A DNA stretch of 64,000 bases from assembly GCF_020745735.1 (NCBI RefSeq), contig NW_026867571.1:1390491-1454490 (forward strand). The letters run 5' to 3'. The notes below the pieces were generated by a model, which worked only from the letters and a program-made list of their open reading frames with translations, ran no database searches and was not told the DNA's origin. The position numbers and the translations under genes were made by a program. How positions within the stretch are numbered: the first letter of the stretch is position 1; each line of letters starts with the position of its first letter. The DNA comes from Hemiscyllium ocellatum. Lineage: Eukaryota. Positions 1 through 12,587 of the stretch are shown here, piece after piece.

Positions 1-375
1 AATGATGTGATCCATTTGTTGTAGAATCGCTTCACGCTCTCTGTCGCATTCAGAACGCATAAAATGTTGCGTTTATATTATAAATAATTGCTTCATAAGT
101 TGACAATGAAATTCCTCACAAACCATTACCTTTCATCCGTCAATCACATGATTTGTCTTTGTGCAGGGAGAACGCTTTGAAGAATACCAGAAATGGTTAC
201 AAATCGAATAGCCCAGTGTCAAATTTACAAAGAGTTGCAAATGTGAATACCATAGCCGCCAAAGGTGTCAATTGACATGAGAACCAGTGATATTTGGAAA
301 AATGATCATAGCCCACATTACTCAACGTGACCAAATAACGTTTCGTTTAGAATATCCCGAGTTATCGTTTTTTGG
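1..375 (-). pseudogene. Probable highly decayed paralogue of the GPCR exon 2, continuing off the window start
   Basis: Collinear motifs across frameshifts: SGYSK../RYLVTL (~360-325), MIIF (~305), ICN (~240), RFVTI (207-193; AAATGGTTACAAATCGA vs AAATGGCTACAAACCGA in the intact gene), VRNFI (~115), MDHII (15-1). Order matches CGLS/HYLEAM, VIIF, VCN, RFVAI, LKNIF, LHNIL. Confidence 0.4.
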
Positions 376-384
376 AGATGGAAA

Positions 385-696
385 TTAGTTTAGATTATCT
401 ACAGTATTGAAATAGGCTCTTCAGCCCAACAAGTCCACACCGACCCCTCAAGAAGTAACTCAGCCAGACCCTATTCCCCTATCATATATTTCTCCCTGAT
501 TAACGCACCTAAAACAATGGGTAACTTAACATGACCAATACACCTGACCTGCACATCGTTGGATTGTGGGAGGAAAGCAGAGTGAACCCTCACAGACACA
601 GGGAGACTGTCAAATTTCACACAGGCTGTCGCACGAGATGGGAATCGACCCCGTGTCCCTGGTGCTCTGAGACTAACCACTGAGCCACCGTGTTGC
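385..696 (-). mobile_element. HE1-type tRNA-derived SINE
   Basis: Reverse complement of a head with A-box GGTGGCTCAGTGGTTAG and B-box-like GGTCGATTCC, the core GGTGTATTGGTCATGTTAAGTTACCC, and a LINE-like 3' tail. Confidence 0.85.
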
Positions 697-1711
697 TACG
701 ATAAGAAACTCTGCGTGACCAGCTCTGCCTCCAATGTGACCCACTTATACCTTGGAGGCAAATGATGTCAACATAATGTGTTTTGTTTTCTCAATTTTTG
801 TGTCTGTTTCTGAGTCTGCTTTGAAGTCTGTTCCGCCCATTCACAGCCATGCATCTCTGCTCCTCCCTGTCTCCCGATTCCACGATTATTTTGTCTTAAA
901 TATCTTGTGTTCTGCTTCATCACGAGTTGTATCCTTGCTCTTTCTCCTGCTGTCTCACAAGCTACCTATCTATCTTTTTGTTTGTGTTAAAGTGTGCCGA
1001 TGTGTGTACCTTTGTTTTTGTCCGTGTCTGTCTTGTGTTCAGTTCTGTCTGCAATGGAACACTTGACATGAATGAATGAATTAGAAAGTGATGAGCAAAG
1101 TCGCAGAGTCTCTTGCTGCCTGCCTCGCTTTTCTTTAAAGTGATATCTTGCCAGCCACCTAGTTAAATTGCGTCACAACACAAACACAACCTTTGTTTTA
1201 TTTGAACATTTTATCAATACCTCTGAATATCCGAGGTCAACAGTGTAGATTAACCAGTTTTCGAGGGGGATTGGTCAATTGGATCGATTATCTAGTCCTG
1301 AATAAATGAGGATTAATTGTTCATGACATCGAACTCATGGTCAGCCGAGGAGGGCATCAATCCCCCATTTCGTCAATACTCAATCCTCCCAAAGTGACGG
1401 GTGGATCAACCCTTTATTACATTGCTCATTCAGTCTTCCAGGAAATGTTTGAATCTCCGATCAAATTTTTCTCTTGTTCCCCGTTTTTTAAAATCTGTTT
1501 ATCTCTCTGAATTTTTCTCTGTCACACATTTATTAAATTGCACGTTTCTTTCTGTGCCCACTTCATTTCCTCGGTGACCATGCCATTCCACACACTCACC
1601 ACATCTCAACTTACCTCGCTCATTAACAGCTTTGCCCTCTTCTCCTTTCTTACTTCTTATTGCTCGGATATTGCCTTCTCTCTGTTTTCACGTTCTCCTT
1701 TTATAGAATCT

Positions 1712-1955
1712 TAAAGAGATACGTCAGAAGCAGGTTCTTTACGGAGAGAGTGGTAAGGGCGCAAAATGGCCTACCTGCTAATGTAGTCAACTCAGTCACG
1801 TTAGGGAGATTTAAACAATCCTTAGATAAGCACATGGATGATTTTGGGATAGTGTAGTGAGACGAACTGAGGATAGTTCACAGGTCGGCGCCACATCAAG
1901 GGCCGAAGGGCATAGTCTGCGCTGTATTGTTCTGTGTTCAATGTTCTATGTTCTC
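1712..1955 (+). mobile_element. CR1/HER1-type LINE 3' end
   Basis: Encodes RFFTERVVRAQNGLPANVVNSVTLGRFKQSLDKHMD, followed by a 3'UTR and (TTCTATG)n-like tail. Confidence 0.85.
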
Positions 1956-2499
1956 TTAGAATTAATAAAGGGCACGTTTTTTGAAAGTATAACTGAATGA
2001 ACGTTGGTAAGTTCCTGCAGTTGATGAGTGACAACCTAGCATGTTGAGGAGATGGCCATAGAGCTAATGAAGTAATTGCTGATTATTCTTCAATGGTGTT
2101 TACGTCCTCGTAAGGATCATGCAGACTGGAAAGCAGCTAAAATGAAGCTAAATATTTCAAACAGGATGGAGACGAAAGAGAAAACTAAAATGTGGACAGG
2201 TTGAAGTCAGCTGTGAGAAAAAAAAATCAACTTTTTAAGAAACGCGACAAATCATCATTTGGAAAATAATGCCATGATTTGGTGGAGTCGGCCTACTTTC
2301 AGCAAATGATCTCTGATAAAACAGCTGGAATTTGACAAATGAGAACCAGTGTGAGTGAATCATTCGAAATTTCAGAAGTAGTTTGACATGGTTGAATGCA
2401 GGTGAGTGGAGAATATTAGAGTCCTTCGTTAGGTTGGGGTGGAATATACACCATATAGATTGAAGTTGGATAATGCAGAGTACAAAGAGATTAACATTT

Positions 2500-2745
2500 T
2501 CACTCACAACGCCATAAACAAACACATAGATCTAGATACCATCTATCAACCCCTCAGAAAACGAACAGGAAATGATATCACCACAAACCCCAGGAATCCC
2601 ATCCAGGACAAACACATTAATATAAAGCAGGAGACAACAGCCTTAGCTTCAATTGTGGGTCGCCACTGATGATTTCACCTAGCCAGGTCATGAAATGTCT
2701 GGATATCAAACCTACAGCTCAGTGAGCATAGCTACACCCCAGAAT
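2500..2745 (+). mobile_element. Penelope-like element 3' end with degenerate hammerhead motif
   Basis: NAINKHIDLDTIYQPLRKR resembles the C-terminus of a Penelope ORF. CTGATGA (2666-2672), hairpin, GAAA (2692-2695). Confidence 0.7.
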
Positions 2746-3559
2746 TATGACGTGGCAGGAAGTAAATGATATGTGATTCTTCATGCACAATGATTGAAGT
2801 GCGAGAGTAGATATATCTTTACCAATGGTGTAGAGAGTATTTCGGATATTGTACACAAATTTACTCTGCTTTATAAATAATGATTTCCTTGTTGTAGAGG
2901 GTGCAAAAGAATTGCAACAGACTAAACCCTGGCATGGTGGGACTATGAAGAGAGAGGGAAGAAACTATGTATTTAATCTGTAGCAGTGTGAGCGAATAAG
3001 AAGTCAGACTTGATGGTTATGGACCGACATACACTGTGTCCCAAGTAGCTAAATAGGGTGAAAATTCCATGCGTTTCATCGGATGTTTGATTCCCGATAG
3101 TTCACGTGTCTGTGCAAAGCCCCATGTCGATTGACAGAGGGGTACAGACTCTGAATGAAATCTGAGCATTGTCATGTTAAGTTACAGTTTGAATGTCACG
3201 GAGTACACAATTCTGACAGCCGCCACAATACCTTCATTCTCAAGCAGTTAGCCATTCCCATCAGCTTCTGACCTCTATCGAGACCACGGGTTTCCATTCT
3301 TGGAGATGGAAGACGCTTTGAGAATGGTTGAAAATGTTGACATCATTCCTACTGCCAGAAAACCATGGTTAAGTGACACATGTGTACTACGAGTAGTGAA
3401 GCAATGTGGGGCAAGGTGGATCAGTCTGTCCATGCATTCCCTCCCTCATTTGTTTGTGATGTTGGAGCATCGCTGATCTCTTCCTGTTCCTTTGTAAGTG
3501 ACTCCAGTTGTGAAATAGTCTCTTTCTGATCCAGTGCATTTATGCATGAGTCATTCTCT

Positions 3560-4170
3560 TCTTGTGTAATAGACTAGAGGGACTGAATGGGCTATCCTAT
3601 TTTGCGTCCAACAGTTTTGATTGCCTGAATGAGTTCCTCACATTCTTGTGAACAGAGACTGAGGTGTGGAACGAGCAGCACCCTTTACTGTGGAAATTAT
3701 CAGTGTCTAGTAATGCTGATACCGGAATGTTGCCCATACCTCAATGGCACGAGTCTGAATGTTGTCCCGGTCTTGTTGCACATGGACACAGATTGCTTCA
3801 GAGTTGAGGGGGAACAAATTGTTCTGAACATTATGTAAACTTCAGTGAATATCCCTACTTCTGCTCAGTGTGGATTCAATGGGCTGAATGGCCTCCATCC
3901 ATACACTGTAAGGATTCTATGACGACAAACCGGGGATGCCTAGGCTGAGGACTCCACCCTGAGGATCTCCTGCAGACATGTCAGACGGCTGAGGTATTTG
4001 ATGCCCACCACTGATAAACAACTTCGCTTGTGCTGTGAATGACTCCAAACAGTGGAGAGTTCGCAATGGATTCTAATTAAGTGCAATTTTGCACAGGCTC
4101 CATGATGTAATCATCAGTCAAATACATTCCTGAGTTCATGGACAGTCACTCTGACCTGACCCTCATGTTA
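3560..4170 (-). mobile_element. Decayed non-LTR retrotransposon RT fragment (second LINE family)
   Basis: Minus strand retains traces of VRVT..D...FD, GA.AKL, TLH.LES..AQ.KL and D.SAG.PQG.VL motifs. Related endonuclease-region pieces lie at ~24060-24800 and ~35900-36120. Confidence 0.6.
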
Positions 4171-4269
4171 CCTCTTTTGTTCTATCAATGGGTCATGGTG
4201 TAGAAGAAGAGAATGTTTTCTTCAAGCACAGGGTAGTTAATGTCTGGAATTCTCTTATACAGAGAGTTA

Positions 4270-5260
4270 GGGAAGCTAGTTTACTGTAAATGACCAGTGG
4301 TGTTCCACAGGGATCGGTTCTGGGATCTCTGCTCTTTGTGCATGTTTTGTAAAAGACTCGGAAGAGGAAGTAGAAGTATGGGTTAGTAAGTTTTCCGATG
4401 ACACGAACTTGGTGGAGTGGTGCATAGTACGTAGGGCTGTTGTACGGGACATTGCCACGATGCAGACCTGGGTTGAGAAGTGCTAGATGGAGTTTAACCC
4501 GGAAAAGTGTGAAGAGATTCACTTTACAACCACGAATGTGAATGCAGAATACACTGTTAAAGGCACGACTCTTGGCAGTGCAGAGGAAGACAGGGATCTT
4601 GTGGTCATGTCTATCGATCCGTCAAAGTTACCATCCAATTTGATAGGCTTGGTGGGAAGGCATAAGATATGTTGCCTTTCATTAGTGGGGGCTGGGATTA
4701 AGAGCCGTGAGGTTATACTGCAGCTCTTTAGTTCCTGGTTTGATCGCATTTGTCATTTTGTGTTCACTTCTGGTCACCTCATTTCAGGAAAGATACGGAT
4801 GCGTTCGAAGTGGTGCAGAGGAAGTTTACCAGGATGCTTCTTAGACTGGAGAGCAGGTATCATGAAAAAGAGTGAAGCGAGCGAGGTCTTTCCTCATTGG
4901 AGCGAAGAAGGATGAGAGCTGGCTTGACAGAGGTGTGCAAGAGGATAAGAGGAAGAATGCAGAGACTGTGTTAATAGCCAGTGGCTTTTTTCTCTGGACA
5001 TCAACGTGATTTAAGGTAGGCTTTGTGGAAATGTCAGAGGCAGGTTCTTTATTCAAAGTGTTTCGGGCGTGCAATGCACTGCCAGTAATGGTCGTTGAGT
5101 CAGAAACTTGAGGAATACTTTATCGATGCTTGGATAGGCGCATGGAATGCAGTCCACAGAAGAATGAAGATTATTCTGACCTCAGAGGAGGATAAAAGGT
5201 CAGCATAACATCGAGAGCCGAATGACCTATACTGTGCTGTATTTTTCTATGTTCTATGAA
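4270..5260 (+). mobile_element. CR1 LINE RT and 3' end, degenerate
   Basis: [18 protein letters not shown] and MEFNPEKCE motifs, with a TTCTATG tail at ~5245-5258. Confidence 0.85.
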
Positions 5261-7279
5261 CGTATGTTAAGAGGCAGTACATGGAATTTGACCTATCAGC
5301 GAGTTTAGGGATAAAAAAGTATTGGGCCTGAAAGAGGAGCTGAGAACGTGAGCTGATCAGCCATGATCTTAATGAAAGAAAAGGCAAGTTTGGGGACTGA
5401 ACGACATGCTCCTGTTTCTGATGTTAACAAATGGTATTTTTGGAAAGTTGGTGAGTATTACTTTATTGCAAGCGATGTTATTGAATGCTGCAGTCAGGGA
5501 GAGCAGAAGATTTTATGAGTCATTTCAGTGTGAGGCATGGGGCTACATGCACAGTGAAACTGGGTTTACATTATGACCAACAAATGAAGCAAAAGTTTCA
5601 GACAGGGGAAGCTCAGTAATGATCAATACGGAGCCTCATCCAATTGCTTTTTTTTTCAAAATACCCCAGCGGTGTGTGACAGTCTTGAGGGGCTGCAATG
5701 TCTCCTCTCTTTCTGAGCCTCATGTGAGAGCAGGAAGTGGCTTCCAACTGCTCCTGTTCAGCAGATTTGAGTGGCTGAAGGGAACATAGTGGCATCGACC
5801 TGAGCAGGAAGAGTGGTCAATCGACCCTTTGAGCCTTCGCTAAAAGACACTAAGATCATGGCTGATTAAGTTGCGATCGGAGCCCCACTTTGCTGTCTGT
5901 AAGCCATTATCCGTGACTCACTTCCCTATCAAATATTTAACTCATGCATTTTGGAATAAATGTAAGCAATGAGGCACACCAAACTTCTGGGCAAGAGATT
6001 TTCCACTCTGAAGGAGCATTTAAAAATTTTTGTCGTCCCTCTTATAGAATCAGACATTCATTATGTATCAAAACGGACATGTTAATGCAATCTGTCCGCT
6101 CTGAGCAGATAGCCAAATCTGATCTCATCCCATTTGCCAGCATTTGGACAATATCCCTCTGAAGCATTCGTAGTCCTACCTGTACAGATATATTTTAAAC
6201 ATGCAAATGTACACGCTTTCAAGGGTATCGTTATACACTGCTATAATTATCTTCATTGTCCACGGCACCACTTTTTTGATGTTGTCTGTAAAAGCTACTA
6301 AACATGCCTCCGATTTTCACATCTGCGCTGAAAAATTCCATGATGAAAAGCAGTGACCTCAGCACTGCTGGCCACAGGTGTCCTGTCTGGAAAACAGTCC
6401 GTTACGTTCAAGTCTATTTTATATCCAATTGGTTAGCTTGTACTGGATTCCATATGACCACACCACAGTAATCTGTCCACGATATGGAACCTGATTAAAC
6501 GCCTTGGTGAAGTCTATGCAAACAATGTATATTACCGTGCTTTCGTCAATCTTCTTTTTCTTCTCTTCGAAGTGCTCGGTTACGTTAATGAGAAATGACT
6601 TTCATGTTGTCAATTGCTAATCAGTCCTTGCCTCCCTAAATGAATGTAAATCCTATTCCTCAGAACCCCCTCCAATAAATATCCGACACTGTAGGCTCAC
6701 CAAGTCTACAACTACTTGTGTTTTTGGATCACTGTTCTCGTTTGTAATCCCACTCCTTTAGTGGCCACAAAAAAAAACAAATATACCATGTCGGTGATTT
6801 GACCAATGACATAGTTCGCATGCATGGAAGAGTCAGCGTAAGGAACAAGTCAGCAGAATTCTTTAATCTTCTAAAACAACGCGTATACGATGAAAACAAA
6901 GTCACTCAAACCATAATGGAAAGAAGAATGATGTGTGGATATTGCAAATGTGTACATTGATGATTCCCTTTGAAAATTAGTGAGAAATACATNNNNNNNN
7001 NNNNNNNNNNNNNNNNNNNNNNNNNNNNNNNNNNNNNNNNNNNNNNNNNNNNNNNNNNNNNNNNNNNNNNNNNNNNNNNNNNNNNNNNNNNNNNNNNNNN
7101 NNNNNNNNNNNNNNNNNNNNNNNNNNNNACACACATACAATTGCACATACACATAAATTTGATAACAAACCGAAGAATAAACTCTCTGCAATATTAACCG
7201 GACAGAACTTTGTCCGAATATTATTAGAACTCATGATAAAAGGAAGAATGAGAGTTTGGCCCAAATCTTATTCTACGTG

Positions 7280-8812
7280 TAGAGTCATAGAGTCTTACAA
7301 CACAGAGTTGAAAGTGACGACTGCAGGTGCTCGAGATCAGAGCTGAAAATGTGTTGGTGGAAAGGCGCAGCAGGTCAGGCAGCATCCAAAGAGCAGGAGA
7401 ATCGACGTTTCGGGCATGAGCCCTTTCTCATAGCATTCCTGAGGAAGGGCTCATGCCTGAAACGTCGATACTCCTGCTCTTTGGATGCTGCCTGATCTGC
7501 TGAGCTTTTCCAGGAACACATTTTCAGCCCCCACAACACAGAGACGAGCCTTTGGCCGAAACTGGTCCATGCTGACCAAAATATCGCTCTACACTATCTC
7601 CGTTTTCCAGCATTTGGCCCATATCCGTCTAACCTTTCCTGTCCATGCAAGTGTACAAATGCCTTTTAAATATTGCACATGTAACTGGCTCAAACACTTC
7701 CACGTTCGTCGAATTTCATATGTATAACGCCCTCTGTATAAAAGGTTTGACACTCAGGTTCCCTTTTATTCTTTCCCCTCTCACGTTAAACTGATGCCCG
7801 TTAGTCCTTGATTCCCCAACCCTGGAAAAAAAAACGGCTGATTCGATTCAATCTATCCATGCCTCTCAAGATCTTTAAAAATGTTTCAAAATAATGTCCC
7901 CCCACCCACCACCCTCCACCACCATCCCCCCCACCCAGTTCTGCTGTGTTCTAAGGAAAATACTTCTCGCTTGTCAAACTGTCTCATTAACTCAGACAGT
8001 TGAGGCTTGGCAACATCCTTGTAAATTGCTTGTGCACTTTTTCACTTGAATAACTTCCTTCCTATATTAATATGACCAAAACTGAACACAACACTACAAG
8101 TGTTTGCTCACCAACTTCTAAATAACTGCAGCATAACTTCCAAACTTCTATACCCATGCCCCGACTAATGAATGCCAGTGTCCAAAAGACCCCTTGAAAG
8201 TCCTATCTACCTGTGACCCTCGAGAACACTGCATCTGATCTCCAAGTTCGCTCTGTTCCACCAGACTCCTTAAGTCTCTAGCATTCACATAAAGCTCCAA
8301 CTTTGATTTGACTGTCCAAAATTCAAGACCCCACACTTATCGATGTTAAACGCCATTTGGCTTTTCCTGGCGCTGTTACCCAGCTGATCAAAGTCCTGCT
8401 GCAGTTTCTGAAAACATTCCTTACTGTCCACGATAACAGCTATTTTAGTGTCCTCAGCAAACTTACTAATTGTGCTTTGTACGTTCTCAATAAAATATTG
8501 ATATAAATAATAAACAGCCAAGGTCCCTGCATCGAGCCCTGAGATGCTCTACTATTCAGAAGCAGTCTGTCCAATAACTATACCTCCACGATTACATTCT
8601 TCTTCCTGCCATGAAGCCCATTGTGTATTCAATTTGCCAGCTCGCACTTGATTCCCTGAGACATAACCTTCCAGAACTGCCAATCACCTGGAACCTTATC
8701 AAAGGCCCTACTGAAATCTCTGTAGGTTCCACATATTGCCCTGCCCTCATCAACCTTCTTGCTCATACTTCATCAAAGAACTCAAATTTCTGAGGCATGA
8801 CCTCTCACTCAC
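7280..8812 (-). mobile_element. CR1 LINE RT to 3' end (interrupted by the palindromic element)
   Basis: ISKFAEDTKI...LQQDFDQLG...QMAFNIDKC on the minus strand; CR1 tail at ~7280. Confidence 0.8.
7308..7532. mobile_element. Palindromic Penelope-derived element carrying two opposed hammerhead motifs
   Basis: Inverted arms ~7342-7430 and ~7440-7528. CTGAGGA-agggctcatgcct-GAAA at 7439-7462. 11-bp TSD ACAACACAGAG at 7297-7307 and 7533-7543. Confidence 0.8.
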
Positions 8813-8815
8813 AAA

Positions 8816-8945
8816 TTGATGAAGGGTTTATGCCCGAAACGACGAATTTCCTGTACCTTGGATGCTGCCTGACCTGCTGCGCTTTAACCAGCAACACATT
8901 TTCAGCTCTGATCTCCAGCATCTACAGACCTCCTTAGTTCCTCCT
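8816..8945 (+). mobile_element. Short Penelope-derived hammerhead element
   Basis: TGATGA-agggtttatgccc-GAAA (8817-8839), followed by the same ~110-bp body as the 7440-7528 and 26985-27111 copies. Confidence 0.75.
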
Positions 8946-9537
8946 TAATGTTATCACAGCCTAGACTGGATCACGTCAGGTCTCCATGAACGTTGTCTGA
9001 GCTACATGACTCCAACACATTCTCTGCTCCATGGAGATGCATCATTGCTGCTGTCGTACACAGAATCATTTCCTTAACAAAATAATGGCCCTACTTTTTT
9101 GAAGATAACTTTATATGTGCCTGCGTAATTTAAAAATAAATCATTTAACGCCTTCACAATATGTGTGTTAAAACGAATGTGCCTCGTTCTTAAACAAGCA
9201 CAGAAATTGAAGAAAAGAACAACAGACCTGGCAGCAGGTACGAAGAGAAATCGAAGTTAACATTTCCAGTCCAGTGTGCTATCCTTGTAACCCGCCTTAA
9301 TCTAAATTAGTGCCCAGTCTTATTCTCCCACACAAGAGGGAATGCCAATCTAGTATTCACCAACATACTCTTCTTAAGATCTTACATGGTCAATACAACA
9401 TCTCACATTCTCAGGCCTAAACTGTTAATTATCCATAACATAATGCCTTCATCCTTACAACGAGTAACGTGACACATCTTTGAAATGTTTCAACAAAAAA
9501 TTTTTGGGTTTTTTCACTTTGTGAAATTATAAATTAT

Positions 9538-9846
9538 AGGGGTGACAAGGTGGCTCAGTGATTAGCACTGCTGCATCACAGCACCTGGGTCCCAGGTTCA
9601 ATTCCAGCCTTGGACCACTGTCTCTGTGGAGTTTGCACATTCTCCCCGTGTCTGCGTGGGTTTCCTCTGGGTGCTCCTGTTTCCTCCCACACTCCAAAGA
9701 TGTGCAAGTCAGGTGAATTGGTCATGTTAATTTGCCCATAGTGTAGGCTGCATTAGGCACAGAGGTGTGTGTTACTCTATAGAGGGTCGGTGTTGACTTG
9801 TTGCGCCGAAAGGCCTGTTTTTACAATATAACGAATCTAATCTAAT
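9538..9846 (+). mobile_element. HE1-type SINE
   Basis: A-box GGTGGCTCAGTGATTAG, B-box GGTTCAATTCC, conserved core and (AATCT)n tail. Confidence 0.9.
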
Positions 9847-10934
9847 GGCACGCATTGCATCAGATGTGATGTCAGTATTGCCCTGTCCTGGTGGACAAAA
9901 ACATGTCAAAGATCATACCCGACACTCCTTGCACAAAATAGCATCATTCCATTTACCTTCTAAATCACATGCTGCATCTTCAGACTAACTTGATGTGTTT
10001 CATGTACGGGGGCACACAAATCCCTATGTACTACCGAGTTCTGCATTCTCTTTATCTTAAATTAATTTGTGCTGTTTTCTCCTTTCCCCTTAACACAAAG
10101 TTTCCACAGCCCACTTAGAAACTTTTTTTTTTGCCAAACGTTTGTTCACTACCCTCCCCTGTCTGCATCCCATTGCAGACGAACTGCCTCCACTTGACAT
10201 CTTATTGAATGACCACCCTGGTGTATGAGTAAACTGAGATCCAATTCATTCAGCCCCGACATCCAAATCATTACTCTAGATTGTAATCTATTGATGACCT
10301 CACACTGATCCCTGAGGAATTCCACGTGTTGCAGCTTTCCAACTTGAAAACGCGTAATTACCTCTACTCTGCATTTTCTGGTAGCTGCCCAGGACTCCAG
10401 TGATCATGTGCAAGTGTCTAGAACTGTTACATTGCCTCCCTCTATACGTGTACTTTACTTAAAACACTGAATACTTCATTATCTTCATGTCTAACTCTAT
10501 GGATGAGGAGAATGGTCTCCTGCTGTCACATAGTAACGCTGCTGAGTGGCTGAATGTATCCCCCTGTAACAGTCTCCAGAGATGAATTGAGAGAATAACA
10601 CGTGGCGTAGGAGAATCAGTTGGCCATTCAGCCATGGAGTATGCAGCACAATTTAGAAACGTCATGGTTGGTCAGCTTTTAGCTGAACACCCATTAACTG
10701 TCTGTTCCCAAGAATCATTGACTCTCCTGTCTATTAAATGTCAGTCAAGGTGAGTCTTGAATATCTTCACTATTGCCAGAGGATGAGAGCACCACGGATC
10801 GCACAATCCAAAGCAGAAAGGAACAAGATTGTCCCAAACGTAAAAGGCGGAGCCCATAATTCGCAAGTATGTTTATCTCACAGCACGTCACCTCCACTCT
10901 GAAGAAATAAGGGCTCACCAAATAAAGATAAAAT

Positions 10935-11523
10935 ACTGTATGCCTTCTTAACAATCCTGTCAACCTGTGTGGTAACTTTCAAGGATCTCTGTACCTGGAC
11001 ACCGAGATCTCTCTGCTCATCTACACTACCAAGAATCTTACCATTAGCCCAGTACTTTGCATTCTGGTTACTATGACCGAAGTGGATCACCTCACACTTG
11101 TCTGCATTAAACTCCATTTGCCATCTCTCAGCCCAGCTCTGCAGCTTATCTATGTCTCTCTTTAACCTGCAACATCCTTCGTCACTATCCGACTCCACCG
11201 ACCTTAGTGTCGTCCGCAAATTTGCTAACCCACCCATCTACGCCCTCATCCATCTCGTTTATAAAAATGACGAACAGCAGTGGACCCAACACCGACCCTT
11301 GCGGGACACCACTAGTAACTGGACTCCAAGATGAACATTTCCCATCAACCACCACCCTTTGTCTTTTTTCAGCAAGGCAATTACTGATCCAAGCTGCTAT
11401 ATCTCCCACAATCCCATTCCTCCGCATTTTGTACAATAGCCTCCTTGGGGAACATTATCGAACGCGTTGCTGAAATCCATTACCACATCAACCGGTTTAC
11501 TCTCATCTACCTGCTTGGTCACA
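10935..11523 (-). mobile_element. CR1 LINE RT fragment (relatively young)
   Basis: [21 protein letters not shown] and [11 protein letters not shown]. Very similar to the plus-strand copy at ~25490-26080. Confidence 0.9.
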
Positions 11524-11642
11524 TTTACTTTAATGTCATACCTTGATACAAATCTGTGACAAAAAATAAGTCAATAATCCCAGTCGTAATTAAAGCCAGG
11601 CAGTACATGTATCTCTAACCAAACAGTACTCACCTTCTGAGA

Positions 11643-12055
11643 ATAAAGTTAAAAATCACACAACACCAGGTTATAGTCCAACAGGTTTAATTGGAAGCAC
11701 ACTAGCTTTCCGAGTGACGCTCCTTAGTCAGGTGATAGTGGAGGACTCGATCGTAACACAGAATTTATAGGGAAAATTTACAGTGTGATGTAACTGAAAT
11801 AATACATTGAAAAATTGATTGTCTGTTAAGCCTTTCATCTGTTAGAATACAGTGATAGTTCCACTTCTTTCATGTGTAAATCACAAAACCCTTCTTTATA
11901 AAGTTGCATTCTCGGGCTATCTGTTAACAATAGTGATCGCAAGACAATATGTTGAAGGTGTTGGCCCCTGTGTTCTCTGTCTATGCCATGATGTTCAGCT
12001 TGATTCTCATCTAAAAAGTGAGATAACAGAGTTTTACATAAATCCGTGTATTTTG
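11643..12055. mobile_element. Penelope-like element terminus (different family) with degenerate hammerhead
   Basis: Starts AAAGTTAAAAATCACACAACACCAGGTTATAGTCCAACAGG. Minus strand reads CTGACTA-aggagcgtcactcg-GAAA-gctagt at ~11731-11701. Confidence 0.6.
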
Positions 12056-12541
12056 TTTGCTCTCAGAAATCTACATGAATGCATTCTGAGAATAGGTTGA
12101 GAGAAATAATAGCTTCTGGTTACTGATACTTTTTGAGAATGGTGAAATAGTTTCTCTTTAGATGTAGGATCAAACTGAAGTGCTGCTATTCCCAGTCATT
12201 CACATTTCAGCGCGAGTACAGCTGGATTTTTTGTTGCCATGGGAAAGATTTCAACGGCCAGCCATGACACCATGACCATTGCCACCCCAACCCATCCGAG
12301 GAAATGAGACGTTTTGACTTTAGGAAGTAGGCCTCCTGATTGCTTTCTGGGATATTCGTCACAAATGAGAGACTTTCTGTCAAGGTGGAAATCTGGACTT
12401 TCATTCGATCAGATGTGAATCACAACCAGTTACTTCCATATGCCAGCCACCACCACCCCACCCCGCCCCCGGAAATGCTTATGGCATTTCACTTAGCAAC
12501 TAAAACATGTTCTATTTCTCCAACCTGTTCGTCAATGCCCA

Positions 12542-12587
12542 GGTCAGAACAACAGTTTGAGCGGTCAGAACAACAGTTTGAGCAGTC
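12542..12587. repeat. 21-bp tandem duplication
   Basis: GGTCAGAACAACAGTTTGAGC x2 plus a partial third copy. Confidence 0.9.

Noticed and set aside
6871-7264. ORFs spanning N-runs (also at 58701-59135 and 63128-63757), and a faint exon-1-like peptide LQYPHIILLSIMV
   Set aside because: The ORFs are open only because of assembly gaps. The peptide lacks the GVP motif and a convincing donor site.
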